Position numbers and translations under genes: made by a program. From Amoebophrya sp. A120 (Eukaryota > Protista > Dinoflagellata), in assembly GCA_905178155.1 (NCBI GenBank), contig CAJINV010000003.1, forward strand, positions 6,877,612 to 6,941,611: a DNA stretch of 64,000 nt. The letters are read 5' to 3'. The notes under the pieces are model-generated. The model was not told the DNA's origin. It saw nothing but the letters and a program-made list of their open reading frames with translations, and made no database searches. Positions 11,015 through 24,800 of this stretch are shown one piece after another; within the stretch, counting starts at the first letter, position 1; each line of letters starts with the position of its first letter.

Positions 11015-14000
11015 TCAGTTGTCCTCGACTCGTCGGAGTTCCTCCATGAGGATGGGGGGCAGGGTTGGGCGCCCACGAGCCGGAGGGTCCTCAAGTGGCC
11101 GCTTAGGGATCAAGAAGTCCGGTTTTATTGCCTTTGCCGCGCCCGCGTCGTTTGCCATATACAACAAGAATGTGTGGTTTGGGTCGCGGTCTGGAAACGA
11201 ACTTTCGATGTTGTTCACTTTCAATTTCATCTTCATCATGGGCCACAGCAGCAACGTAGACACTCTAGGTCTAGTCTGGAGCAGCAGACATTGTGCATGA
11301 CATCAGATGACATCCAGCATATTGATTTAAGTTCCACTTTGACACCCAAATGACATAAACCGCAGCAGTTGATTTTGATATCCGAGTGCGGTGGAAGGCA
11401 GCGGTGGTGTAGTGGGACGGTCTTTCGACGATCCTGTGGTCTTCGACGATCTTTTCTCGGGGCGGCCCGCGATCGTCCCAGGGGGCATTCCTTCTTCCGT
11501 TTTCGACCGTGACTGCTGCAAGATGGATTCTGGCGCTTCAGATTGGGCACGCCCGGGACAGTTCCGCGCGAGCAATCCGGCGAAGGGATGCGGTGGCACG
11601 CGTTGCTCCCCCAAGGTGGGACAAAGCTTGATTTTGTGATGTACACCATTTGCTGGTGCTTGTGGTGGAGCTGCGCGAGCGCCTCCCCCCCGGGGCAGCG
11701 CTACGCTGTCCGTACTCGACGACGTTGTATCAAGTGCAATTTATGCTTGGGTCCGGAGACGTGGAACTTTTCTTGCATGTCTAGCATTCCTGAATCAATA
11801 TCTGTGTTGCGGTTACCCAGCAAAGGCGTCTTTCTACTTTTTCGTCATGCAAAGACGCAGTTTGTGTTTGTTATGCGTGCGTCAAACTCAAATTATAACC
11901 TGAACGTGTCATGCTTGTTGGCTGAAACTTTGGATTTGGTATCAGTATCACAAGATTTCAGACCCAGACATATTTGGGTTTGCAGTGGATACGGTGTCGG
12001 TCGCGTGTTTCCCGCTGTGAAGAGCAGACCAGCATGTTGATCCTCCTCGGTAGGATTGGCGGTCGCTGAAGGTTTCTTCACAACGAACTTGGCGGCCAAA
12101 GAAGAGGCTGCATGTACATGCAGAAGCTCTTCGCAAAACGCATACCGTGCTGTGCAATCCGTGGCGAAGAGGAAATTATGCAAGGCTCAAGCGCATCAAC
12201 GAGGGAAATCAGATCCATCCACATTTATATTTCTTGCAGAAACTACAGCGAGAGGAAACAATACTACTGCCTACTAGTGCATGACGAAATAAACTTTTGA
12301 TGGCTACATTCGCATTTCCTTTTCGACGCTGGTTGGCATTTTGGCCCTCACGCTCATGCACAGGGGCATCAAATTTAGGTACCGAAACAGAGCAGACGCA
12401 TGCCTGCGTGTATAAGCTCCCTTGCTGCACCAGTTCCACTTTTTACAGGTCGTGAGACCCTCCTACAACAACTCGATAAATTTCGTTGAAGCCACCGAGT
12501 ACAATTTCAACTTTTATTGGGCCGTAGGTTTCTTTGAGACCCTCAATAAACTTGAGCTGCGGACCATACACGAATCCCTTCAATTCTGCGAATCGCACGA
12601 ATCCGGGGAAAAATCCGAACCAGCCCACATGTGTCAAAAACTGCTTCATGCAAAGTGGCAAGCGGGATCTTCACTCACAGCACTGTACAATTGCATACAA
12701 CCATATGGCGCGTATAATGCCACGCGCAAGAACGAGCAATGCTTCAACATCTTCCGCCAAATTTCACTAGCAAGCTCCCTGTCGAAATAAACATCAAAAC
12801 CGCTGCACCGATGTTTCAGCAGCTGGGATACAGGTAGAAGGAGTCCTCGTGAATACGAGTTGACTATATTATGTATCAACCTCGAGCGGTGGCGGGTCAG
12901 ATCCAGATGACTGCAAAACCAAAAGTGAGTTCTCGTTTTGACCACACGTGGTTTTCTTTCAGTCTCGAACATTTTTTCGCTTGCGTAAGGCTACATCCTC
13001 AGCTTGCATATCAAGTTGTCTCGTCATGGTGCCGACGTTTTCCAACATTTCCATTGCAGTCGCGGTTACTCTAGCTTCCCGCTTCTGAGCATTCGCTCTC
13101 GCGTCGTCACTGCATGAAGTAGAATCGGTTCTTCGTCCCGGCTTGTCGCTTGCAGCTTCGGCGACGAGGTAGAGCGGAGTCTCTTGCAGCCACGCATGGC
13201 ACCAGTGCTCTGCTAGTGCGGCACTCCGTGGGGCGTCCAACAAGTTCAGAAGATCCTCCGATCGATTAGAAAGCCACCCAAGCGTATCGAGGTGGCAACT
13301 TTTTTCACTTGCAGCGGAACAAGAGACTCTACTTCAATGAATCAATATGAAGATACATTTGTTCTTGTTGTGTTCGTGACGAAAACGAACACAAATCCAG
13401 CCTTGCTTTTATGCAAATGCAAGTTCAACAACACAACGTCGACACGAAAACGCTATTCTTATTCGCTTGGGCAACGCACACGACATCCTTTCTTGCGTTA
13501 CCGACCCCGTAGTTGCTCCGAAGGCAATTACGGCGCACCAGAATTGCCTGCTGGGGCTGCACTATCCGTGCCTCGTTGATGTAGTGGGTAAATTGATTGT
13601 CTAGTGGTTTCTTGATCAAGTTTCGGTTTGGGGGCGGCTCTATCTTCACAATAGAGCAGCCACCTGCAGGGAAGTACACATCAAAGCGAAGTAGTGTAGC
13701 TGTCCACCTGCGATACATCACAACATCCCACTTTTCCCGACACAGGTGACGCGCCACTGCTGGTGTTGTTATAATCAACGACAATAGCTGCAGCTAGTAC
13801 TTGCGCATCATGCAAAACCAGAAACGCTAGCGAACCGCAAGACAAATACAGTCATAGCTTTAGTTAGTAGATGCATTGTCTGGGTGTGCAAATCCACATG
13901 CATTGATTTTGTGGCTAATCCTGTATCAACTCATGATAAGTTAGTAGCTCGCGGAAATGTTCATCTTCATTTGAAGCAGATATATGATTGTAATTGCGCT

Positions 14001-17000
14001 TCTAGTACTAGCTCAAATTATTTCTCGGGGGATAGTTGTTGAACCAGTCGCGAGGAAATCCAGAAACAAGGCTTGGATGCGGTCAACAGTGCTAATCAGT
14101 CCAAGGATGACGTCCTCAGCTGACTTGTTGCTCAAAGCAGTTTATGCATGGGAAAGCATTGCGCAAGTCATTTGATACATTTAAAAAGTATCTACAAGTT
14201 CGCCACTGGAGCTGGTACTAAGCACTGAAAAACGACGAAGACGAATACAAAGAGCTTTCGCTTTCCACAGGTACATAGTACATACAAGACAAAGACCACA
14301 TACACACAAATGGAAACGACGAGAGCATTACTTCTTCTGCAGAGAATAGAACGGCGGGAGGCCTGGACGCAGTGGTTTTCTTATTTCCTTCGGGATGAAT
14401 AGGTGTGGTCGACAAGGGTCGTGTGTTACCTGCGGCTTCCTTTTTGCGAAGTGAAGCAGACTCCGCAGCCAGCTCCGCGTAGGCCTGGAGATGAGAACCA
14501 TCTTCCTTCGGCAATATGTAGGGCGCAGAGGGGTCCGGATTTGCCCACATTGGTTGCGTCGGAGGTCCCCGTGAAGATGACGTCGCCGAAGTTGTATTTT
14601 TAACAGCCTTCCCCCGACCGCTCGTCCCCGTTTTATTTTTTTGCTTTCCTTCTAGGGCTCGCCGTACCGTGTGGAGGAAGTGCTCCGCGGCTTCCGCATT
14701 GCTTGCACAAGCCTCGAAGGCGGTGGTGTCGGTCTGGCGCTCCTCTTCTTCCAACAACACACGGCCCGCGGATTCCAAGGCTGGAATGCTGGCCGTTTCG
14801 CAGCGGCGAAGCGCCTTGCGCAGGTCAGTGAGTACCGCTGCAACGACCGGGAGCGTGGTAGTAAGTGACCAGGGACGCTGTTGAAACCCCTTGGTTACGG
14901 TTTGCACTTCGTTCTGCCCGAAATCCATGTGCTGCAGTATGCCCCACCCTGGCGTGATAATCTCAGTTCCCCGCGACGAAACTGCAGGGCGTCGCAGAAA
15001 CGAAACATCTAAAAAAAGTCCCCATGTATTAACGCAGCGTCGCCGTCGCACTCTTTCTTTCTGTCAATTTTGCGAACAATACGAAAGCCACACGAGGAGA
15101 CGAACTAGACATCGTTTTTATATACGATTACGTTTACGATATACGGTGAACGTGAAGGAAATCAAACAAACCTCTACCTCAGGGTGGAAGAATGCTTGCG
15201 TCTTGAAAACTGAATAGACTTAGACAACCATTCTCATCATGCTTTAAATACAGAAAAATGCTTCGAAAGCTATCAGACAAGGGGCGCTTCGGTGCGTTTA
15301 TTTGCGCGATGCCCCACACCCACACCTACTTTGTCACGGTGGTGATCATCATCACACCCGACCAGGCCATATTCACAAACCCGTGACGTCGCATGTCTAG
15401 CTGAGCCAGCGTAACCTTGAAGTTTTTGATGACAATGCGTGCCGTCGAGCGGGCGTTTCTCGTCTATCCAAGAAGAAAAGCATTACAGATACACTGCTGC
15501 TCTAACTTAACTTCAGCAAATGCAAAAGATGCAGTCTCGCTCGTTAGTTTGCTTGACATCGAATGCAACTGTTTTGGCGGAAATCATCAAGAGGGAAAAC
15601 GCACACTAAGCGAAACGGAAACTCGCAAGAGTTCCTTCGGGAATGACAGGGGTAGTCTGTCTGGCTTGTCTTACCGAGCAGTCGTCCAGCTGACAGTGTG
15701 CAAGAACTCTCACTGTTGTATCACGAGTTACACTTTTCTCTTTGCATATCGACGGGCTAGTGCTTATATGTGCTTCCGGTTCCGGCAAAGTGTGTGCCTG
15801 TGCGTGGTCAGTTTCCACAGCCGCAGGATCGCCGGTAGGCAGGTCCGCTTCATCCAGCCGGAGCGACTTGAGAATGGCCTTGTTCTCCTGGAGGAACTGC
15901 TGGAAAGCAGCCCACCAGAGTTTGATTTTTTCCAGGTCCAATTGACACTCGTAGAAGAAATAGTCGCACATGCGTATGGAAGCCCAGGCCCTGTGCTCAG
16001 ATGATCTCCATGTTTAACATACATACGCACAGCTAGTACCTCGCAGCTGACCTACTGTTTCCGCGTAGGGTGTCGTTGCTAGCCAAGCAGAAAAACTCGG
16101 GTCAAAAATAAAAATCCCTGCGACTATCCTCCTTTAGCGAAAATACTCAAGGGGGCATGGGCAACATTTTTGCAAATATAATATGCTCGTCCCAGAAGCA
16201 GGACCTTTCCCTTTGGAAAAGTCGAGGACGACATTAGTGCATATGCAACATCACCTGAGCCTGATCAGAAGGCGGAAAACATATCGGCGCGCGCGACCAC
16301 CGCGGGAACCGCCTCAGCGCGCTGACGCGCAAAGTCAAATTATCATTCGAAAAAATCGAAGTCCACCCCTTCCATATTACTTCGAACCCAAAAGCAAGGA
16401 ATAAGGAGATCGTCTGCCACTGCCTCGGACGGTGCATGCTTTATCATTTATTCATAGTAGATCGTAGTACATCGTGACTGAGTCTTCTCTTTCTAGTAAC
16501 TTCTCACAAGTAGCGTGGCCACCAGACGGAAAATGGAACTGAGAGCCTACTTCTGGTGCCGCAACATAAGTACTAACGGCTACTGTTGCCGCTGTATTCA
16601 AATTTATCGGGTCACCGAAAACAAAAATAGAGGTCTCACATGCTGATGTTCAACTGGAGCTAGTGCAAATAGAGTGCTAGCATCATAGCACCTGAGAACA
16701 GACCTGCCGGTTCTTGTGGCCGTGGACACACTGTTCATTCACGTTCTCATGCCGGCTATAAAAAAGGGGAGGTTCCTGCGTTTACTTTTTCAATACGGAT
16801 TCGCGCAGCATCTGCTCCTGGAAGGCGCGCAGTCGCTGGAGGTACTGGTGGAGGGTGTTAGCCTCCGTCACACACGCCGCCCAGATTTGTGGGCGCTCGG
16901 CTTTCAAACGCTGCACAGGGCCACTGTCGGCAGCCGTCAGCGTCACGCGGCCCTGAGTCCGCTCCTCCTTCTCTTGCCTGGCGATGCGGCGACCGAGTTT

Positions 17001-20000
17001 GATCTCCGCTTCCCGCGCGGCCTCGTAGACCGCGTCAACCTGCCGTAGCTGCAGGGCGAGAATTATCCTAGATAAAACAAGCGTCCTAATCTTCTCCATG
17101 ATCTCCCGCGCGCAAGGAAGAAAACGTGCTCTCCTGCATGACAAACGCAGTCTTGAGTCTTCGATTTTCTCGCTATATTAATATTACATTCTTTTGGACC
17201 TTGCTTTGGCGTCGCGAGCAGGTGCTTTAGAAGAGCCCAAAAAGTTTGCGAAACACCAAGAGTTTCGTGCGAACTATACCTATAATGCGCGACAAACTCT
17301 ACTTCACCGTCTGAAACTACATGTTACTTTCAAGTTGCTGTGCGTGAGACACCAGTTCAGGAGGGAGACGGTTCTATACAGGATCATAGGCAACTCGAGT
17401 AATGTCTTCCGCTCCAGGTCGCGGGGGTCCGCCTGGTTAGTATGGTATTGATGCCCGTTGGAAAATGGTCCAAGCGAAAATGGAAAAAAATAAAAAATAA
17501 GCGCGATTTACTGATGCATAAAATCGACACCAGTTCTTGGAGTACTTGGACTCACTTACCCATTCGAGAAGGTTCATGAGAATTGCGATATTTATTTTGG
17601 AGCATACATAACTTCAATCTGAAATAAAGGTCGGCGCAAAGACAACCGCGCCGCTTCGAAAACACAAGTCTTGTGTTTTCGAAGCGGCCCCTTCCTTGAC
17701 CGTTGCCCGGCCGCGCAGAGGCTTCGGCCTATCTTGCTTCCACCTGTGCAATGCAATTGCGGCCATGTTGTAGTAGCTTTAGCTTTAGGCTTAGCTCTGC
17801 TATTGCTTCGGCCACGACGTTGCATAATTTCATCGTGCAATAAAACATAAGTATGTACTCAACTAGGTAATCGTAATTCCGTTCTTTTCGACTCATTTTC
17901 TTCATTTGTCGATTTCCCACCGGAAGACGTGGGCATACTTAATCCAAGCTCCGTAGGGCTGGTAGTTGACGCGGTGCCGCATGTCGCGCCAAACGGGCTC
18001 CAATACAAGCTTCTCCACTGCCGCGCGGCCTTATGAGATTGCAGCGCTCTCTTCCCTCGCCCTGCTTTGACCACATTGATCATGGCGGGCATCCAGTACA
18101 GCAACATAGGCGTGGGCGAAGAGGAAACTTCTGCATTCTTGCCGCATGCTCACACGACAGGGCCTTCGCCTTTCAAATCCATCACGTGACAGTTACCAAA
18201 TATAGCCGCCGGGGCGTAGTGAGGTCGTGGGCGTTTTCTTGCCGGCCGTCGCCTTGGCCGCGGCTTTGCTTTTTCTGGGGTCGCCACACCGCCGTGAGTA
18301 ACGTTAGGCCGCCCGGTATGGCGGCCGCTTGAACAACGTCGCAAATTTTGGCAAATTCCCGACATTCCTTTCCAGAAGCCACCCCCCATGCTATGGGGCC
18401 GATCCGGGTGCCGCGGGGGGCGCCCAAAAAGCGAAGAAAAATCGGGCCCGTAGCATGCGGATTGGCTTTGCGCGTCTGGCGCAGTTTTGCTTTTTTGCGT
18501 TTTTATTTTTCTAGCCGGCGCTTTTTGCAAAGCTTCCCAGGATCTGAAACCGGCGAAAATGCGGCCGCTTTTGCGGCCGCCCAAAATGCTCCCAAATCGC
18601 GGCCGTGCCATGCTGTTTCGCTGTTCTGATTTTGGGCGCGTTTTTTTCGCGCCCCTTTTTGGGCGCCCCAAACCGCCAGAAATCAAGGCGGTGGGCGCCT
18701 CAGAAGGGCGCCCCTTTTGCCGGCTCCCCTGCGTCGTTTTACTCAGCGGCGACCGATAGAATCCGCTGGCGATTCGGTGCCAGCAAAGCCAAACAGGCTG
18801 GCGCGCTGCGATCTTTTTCATGCAAAAAAACTCTCTATAGGCTTCAAAACTGCTGGTCGTTTTGGACGGTATATGTCAAAAAAACTCCCTGGTTAGAACC
18901 GTTCGGTGACCTCACTACATACTACCCAGGTGCAAAAACACAGTCATCATCATCCAAGTACATGAATCAAGATCAAGTTGTGGCGAGGAGGAGAAGTAAG
19001 AAGAGTAAGGAACGCGCTCTCGTCATAAGCTTGCGTTCCTGACGGACCCGGGGCTCCAATTTGTGCCTTGCAAGACGCGCCCAGGGAAACACTTTTCAAA
19101 CAAGGATAGGTGTTCTTGCCACACTCGATCCTCCACGGCCGACCTATAGAGACGAAATAGTTTGCCACAGTCACTAAGTTGCACCAGTTTCTGACGCTTG
19201 AGAAATTTTTCTGACATGCAGAAGCACAAGGAGTATCACATATAGGGCTTAACTGTGATGATGCATTTTTGCGTAGGAAAAATATTTCTCCGTCGTGACA
19301 CTGCCCATGACCATGAGTGATCGCGACGAACTTTTTTACTGGATAAAAAACATCCTGCTCACACTGTCGGACACTTTCCGCTGACTGCTTCAGGCTCTCG
19401 CGCAACTCGCGAGATTTATCACCTTCTCAGATGTGGAAATCTCAATCAGAGCAATTTGTGACGCACTAACAAATTTATGCGATGCGCATGAGTTGTCTAG
19501 CTCCTACGAAGATGGAGGCCAGCATATTCTTGACAGACACGCGACAACACTCCCAACGGCGCTGTAATATGCACAAAGTTAGAGTTTGAGTTTGTCATTC
19601 AAAAGAGGAAGAGCATGCAGACCCGGCTCACGCTTAGGGCCGGTTTTTCCCAGCTATATTGCTTACGCGAGGCAACTTTTGCATCTACATGGTTCCAGTT
19701 GAGATTGTTCCAGCTGAGTAGGGCATAGCATTTCTCCGCACATTCTGAAGGTAATAAACTCATTGTAACATCATAGATACGACGGGGTAAAATCAATACG
19801 GGGCTGGATAATTTCTTTGGGTCTGACACTGACTACACAGCCTTGGTACTGCCATTTGCTGAATCATCTCCGATGCAACCTGTGTTGGACAAACAGGCAT
19901 TGCGTCCGGCGGTCGGTGCGTGCTGAGGCTGACACGACAGAGACGACGATTACAAAAATTGATATTCACAATATCTACATGCAGCGTATACTTTAATTTT

Positions 20001-20230
20001 AGGATTCGGACTACATCAGTCATTCTTTATTGGGTATGCTCTTGTCAAGCACTATGATTAAGATTGATGCACCCACTCTCACGCTCTTGCATTCTCCGTT
20101 TTTTTTTTACCCATGAACTTCCGGCAGCACCAGCAGCGCCACCGCCAGCGTTCCAAAAAAGACCTATGTCACCCACCCTCACATCGCACAACCTCAAAAC
20201 TCATACAGATTTATTATCATCTTCAATATT
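11015..20230 (-). CDS. Uncharacterised multi-exon gene or genes; 3' end at 11015 supported, upstream exon chain and gene number unresolved
   Basis: In-frame joins across elements 11158-11380, 11728-11991 and 13285-13715. Coding-like minus-strand segments near 12.0-13.3, 14.3-14.95, 15.75-15.97, 16.75-17.05 and 17.9-18.2 kb. No family recognised; the upper boundary is a guess. Confidence 0.35.
11158..11380. mobile_element. Degenerate TIR intron element
   Basis: tat...ata ends, weak TIR, DR tgcca/tccga; join gives TALG|NDAGAAK in frame. Confidence 0.55.
11728..11991. mobile_element. TIR intron element, family A
   Basis: tatcaagtgcaatttatgcttgggtccgga...tcagacccagacatatttgggtttgcagtggata; DR cgttg/cggtg; in frame. 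Confidence 0.8.
13285..13715. mobile_element. Degenerate TIR intron element
   Basis: tatcgaggtgg...ccacctgcgata; DR lost; element+5 join gives WDVVM|GWLSNR in frame. Confidence 0.5.
18201..18924. mobile_element. Non-autonomous GC-rich element, copy 1 (Helentron/HINE-like ends)
   Basis: Subterminal IR gtagtgaggtc (18216)...gacctcactac (18918), short hairpin cgccggggcg outside the left IR, strong similarity to 54476-55197. Confidence 0.75.
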
Positions 20231-21808
20231 TCACGTGTTTGTCGTCCTTGGCATGCTTGAGTTTTGCCATTTTCGTCCTCACACACTGGAACGCATTTTC
20301 TGCGAAAGCTACTAACTTCGTGTTCGTTGCGGTAAGATAAAACAAACACCGGCGGGGCAGAAGCGGATAGATTAAACGACAAGCAAGCATGACATTCTTG
20401 ACACTTAAACGCAAATAAAAAGCCTGCAAATTATACATGATAACCTGGATAGGGGGGTCGCGGTGCAACGACCTGAGGCCACAGGACGCTATTTGTCATT
20501 ACGTCGAACGCTTTATCGAATCACGTGGATCCTCCACATCGAATTGTGAGTCTGATCAACTCGGAGCCACCACAAAAGCCTGAAGCTTGTGCTTCTGGTT
20601 CTGTTCTTGCTTCAACTCTGCCTTGTTTTTCGGGGTCAAAAAATATTATATTTCCAGTTTCGTTTTCTGTTCATTGTGAAGTCGGCCTGATCATCAAATT
20701 CAAACTTGTTCTTGTGTAGGTTTATTTAGTGACACGAAAATATCAACATCAATGACTGATCTGTTTTTTTTTAATCTTACAACAGATCGGAACAGTAATT
20801 GCCTCTCTATCTTCTTCACACACTCGCAAAAGGTCGTACCTTGCGGCAACGAACTACTAGGAGCGCGAAGACAACGGGCCGTCTTATCGAGTCTTCTGCA
20901 ACAAACTCGCTCCGACGAGGCTGTTCTAGGCGACTTCCCTTCCCGTCTACAGAAAAAAGTCAGGAGAAAGAGACTCGAAGTACTAGTGACACAGTTTTTT
21001 CTTTTTTTCAAAAAGTTGTATATCTCGTGATTACGCTTCATTCTTTTTCGGTAACTAACATTGTACTTCAATCTGTGTGTGAGAAAGTAGATGAACTGAA
21101 AATACGTGTTGAAGGAGGGGAAGGTCAATCAGACATCGTGCCTGCACTTGATACTATTTTTACAAGTTGAAATAGAAGGGCTAGCCGACAACTAATTGTT
21201 AAACTTACTGAAACTGTTCGGTGTTTCGGTGCTAGAGCTTTAGAAATATCATTTGCGCTGCTGCATTTACTGAATACATTAGCTTTTGTTGGTCCTTAAA
21301 AAATAGTAGGGGTATTGTCATGTCACGAAACATTGGCTAAACAATCTCATGACGGTAACATCGGAGTTGTTTACTTTCTTGGAACTTGTTTAATTTTTTC
21401 TGCTGCTCTTTCGTTTCATAGCATCGTCGAGTTCTTGTCCGACAGAAAAAAACGACTAGAAATCATGCTACAAAAGAACTCGAGTGATGATGATCCTTAC
21501 TCACGAAAGTTAAAGCCTTAACCTTTTTACTTTGCATTCATTATCAAGTTTGCATTTGCCTAATTGCGCATTTACCTCGCGAGCAATTGATACTTGCATT
21601 TTCTTTCACGTAGAATTAGAGGCTGTTTCAAGTTGAACTAGAAGTTACGTCAAGAACGACGACGTCGAGAAGCAGGTTGGGTTGTAAATAGCGGTGATTT
21701 CACCCCTTTCTGTTTGCCTTGTACTTGAAGTTGTTGAAATGGACAACTAAGTTTTCGATAAGTGCGTAAGCTGCACTTAGTCAAGGGTACCATATCCTTC
21801 GTCTCATT

Positions 21809-24800
21809 CTATGTTTTCTTGTTCGCTCCTGATGGGGGCTTTGCGGGCCCGGTCGCGCCACGGCCCGACTTTGGGTTCACACGGACTGGCATCAAATGCA
21901 AATATGTCTGGATCAGGATCTGGAAGATTGGGGGAGGTTACCATGCAAATTTTACATGACCCGCGACGTCGGTGATGCATGCTCTACTGAGCAGCACTAC
22001 AGGTTTTGTAAAGGCTTTTTCAGGCCTATCCTGTTTGAGAAATGTCTTCTCCGGGCAGGAAAAATCTGAGAGCCTTTTGGTTTTGCTGCTTATGCAATAC
22101 AGATTTTTGTATCTTCATCGAAAGGTAGCATCATAAGTTCCATTCCTTCCAGACCCGCCAGACATATTTTTTGCAATGCGTAACTGGTGGGCGTTTGGGT
22201 GCCGCGGAGGGCGTGCTGGATTCATCCCCGCGGCTGCTTGCGCTGTCGGTAGTTTGGATCCGCAGCTCCGTTTGCTGAGCCGCTCTCATGGTCCTCGAGG
22301 ACGCCGAGGGCGGGGCAGACCCAATAACCTCCTGTGGTGGTTGCTGCGCCCCCGACAAGTGATCGTCGTCGCCTGGAGGTGCGTCGAGCCCGTAGCGAAT
22401 GCGTGCTTTGCTGACGGCGATACGGGGCACGTCTGGTTCTTTGGACTGCAGCGTCGATGCGCGTAGGGCCCGCGAGGAAGTTGGCTTCAGGCGCATCTCG
22501 ATGCGGCCACCAGTGACCACCTCCGAAGTCGATCCCTCGCCGCTTCCGGCAGGTCCCCCCTCGGGCAGAATTCCGGAGCCGGTCTTCGTCTCCGCCTCGT
22601 TCGTGAGCGCGAGCTGGTCGCCCTCGGGCCGGGGTCCCCGATGGGGCGCCCAGAAGAAGACTCCACGGTCGTTCGCGGAGTGCACACTTTCGAGGTCAAT
22701 CTGGCTGCTGAGCTCCTCCGAGTCCGTGGTGGCCGTCTCGCTCTGCAGGTCCAGATGGTCAGGACCCAGCAGGTGAGTTGATGTTTTCCGCCCGCGCGGC
22801 CTCGACCTGGGGGGGTCATCTCCGTCCTCGTCGTGTGGCGGCTCTCTTCCATCCTTCCCGCGCGCGCCTGGGATAGATATCTTCACTTTATCGCTGTTTG
22901 CGAAGGGGTCGTCATCGTCGGTTGGGTCAACGCCAGCCGGGAGGTACCCGGCCAACAGCATTTGCTTCTGGTACCAACGATCCACCACGTTTGCATACTC
23001 AGTGTCGACGTAATAGAAGTCCACAACCCCGAAGGGTTTGAAAGCCCGCTGCCACAGGGTCAGGAGCAGGACCAGGATGCCCCCATACCCCGCGTAGGCC
23101 CCGATCAACTCCAGAAAGTCGGTGGCGGAGAGCAGGGGGGTCTCCTGGATTCGTTGGGAGGTGGCATCGATGACAAAGATGAGGCGGATGGAGAAGGAGC
23201 TGGCCATGGTCGCGTCGGCCTTGCGGAAACGAACCTCCAATGCGGTGATGCTGTTCACCCACCGGTTCAACAGGATCTTGCCCGTCCACTTATTCACGTT
23301 GTACACCGGGTTCACGTATGCATTGCAAACATGTCCTCATCTGGGTGTGGACTCATTGATTTGTATGTAACGCAAGAGAATCAGAATTCATCCTCAACAT
23401 CGAATGTTGGGATAAGTATCTCTATTATATAATACAGATATTGCATTTGCATGCTCCCCTTCGAGATGTGTAATGCGTAAACGGCTAATGGGATTAGGAA
23501 CCGGCAGTTCTTGTGTCGTGCTGCATGGCACCTTGTCTTTGTCATGTTAAATGCGAAGGAATTCGCGAGATGAAGCCGAGAGGACGAGAAATGTCTTCTC
23601 GTGCTTTATAATTTTCACTTCGGCCGTAGTACTCTATTCGGGTTTTGTTCCAAGCTGCCAGTGTCACTCTGCATTTTTCTGGATCTGTGCAGCAGGTCAT
23701 ACGGGACGCCTCTACACGACCTAAAAACGCCGATTCCGACGCAACAAAGAAGCGAGAAAATATGGGAAGAGGCGCATTTTTCTGCTTCTTTTACTTGGCG
23801 GCCCGCCGCGACCACTTGCGGGCCACAGCTAACAAAACAAGGTGAAAGCGATGGAGTAGCACGCCGAAGCGCACCCGGCAGCGGCAAACCGGAGCACATT
23901 ATCACGGTCTCCGTCCCCGCGGCGACAACCGATGGCACTGCGCAAACATCTTCCCCGGGGCTGAATACGGAAACTTCTTCCGCGGAGCAACCACGGACGG
24001 GGCGGACTGCTACCGCCACCCGACCGACACCAGAACGCCAGCCTCCACCAGATCGGTCTGGCAGTAGCATAACCTCCAACCATCCACCGACGACGCCCCA
24101 GCCCTAGCTCGAGGTGGCGCCAGAGAGACACGAATGCCGGCGGTGAAAAGCCCCGCTCTTTGCAGCCCGGAGGTATGTACACGCGCGCCGACGCCGAGTA
24201 GCGGCATCCAAGCATGCGGAGGGGACGACGACAACGACAGACCGATCATACTCCCCAGGAGCGCGCGTACCTCCCACACTCCTGGTAGTATGATCGGTAC
24301 CGGCCTGATCGTGAAATAGGCATGACTGCACGTCTGCTGTGCGCAGCACAGACTGCTACTTGTACTACCCCTGCGCCCTAGATCCCGAGATAGGTCATGA
24401 CTACATGGACAAACGACAGGCCGTGCATAGTGCGGCAAGGGGCGGCAGCGGCCGGATAAGCTGAACAAGCGTGCGGGGACTGCGCCGGGGGATGGATGAT
24501 CAGGGACTAATTTTTTCTAGATGCTTGTGGTATTTTTTGAGGCAGCGATCAAGGTCAACTATTGTGGGTTCCGGTGGGAGAGTGACCGTCTGCCAATGGG
24601 CTACTAGCGGAAAAAAAAGTGTCTGTATGTTTCGGAAGATTTTCCAGGCGCAGTCTATCTGCTCGGCACTGGAGTCCTAGGCTCATACACCAGGCGGGAC
24701 TATTTGTCGTGCGGTGGGCTGTAGCTTTTTGCATCGCGACCAACGTCGAAGCTTGGGTTCCGGGGGGAAGATGGTCTTAGAGTAGCTCTCATGTCCATTC

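Noticed and set aside
18150-18821. ORFs in the GC-rich repeat (also 54396-55188)
   Set aside because: No recognisable domain, and the ORFs differ between the two copies
23040-23150. ENaC/DEG-like TM2 resemblance (TDFLELIGAYAGY)
   Set aside because: Vague similarity only, with no other channel features seen
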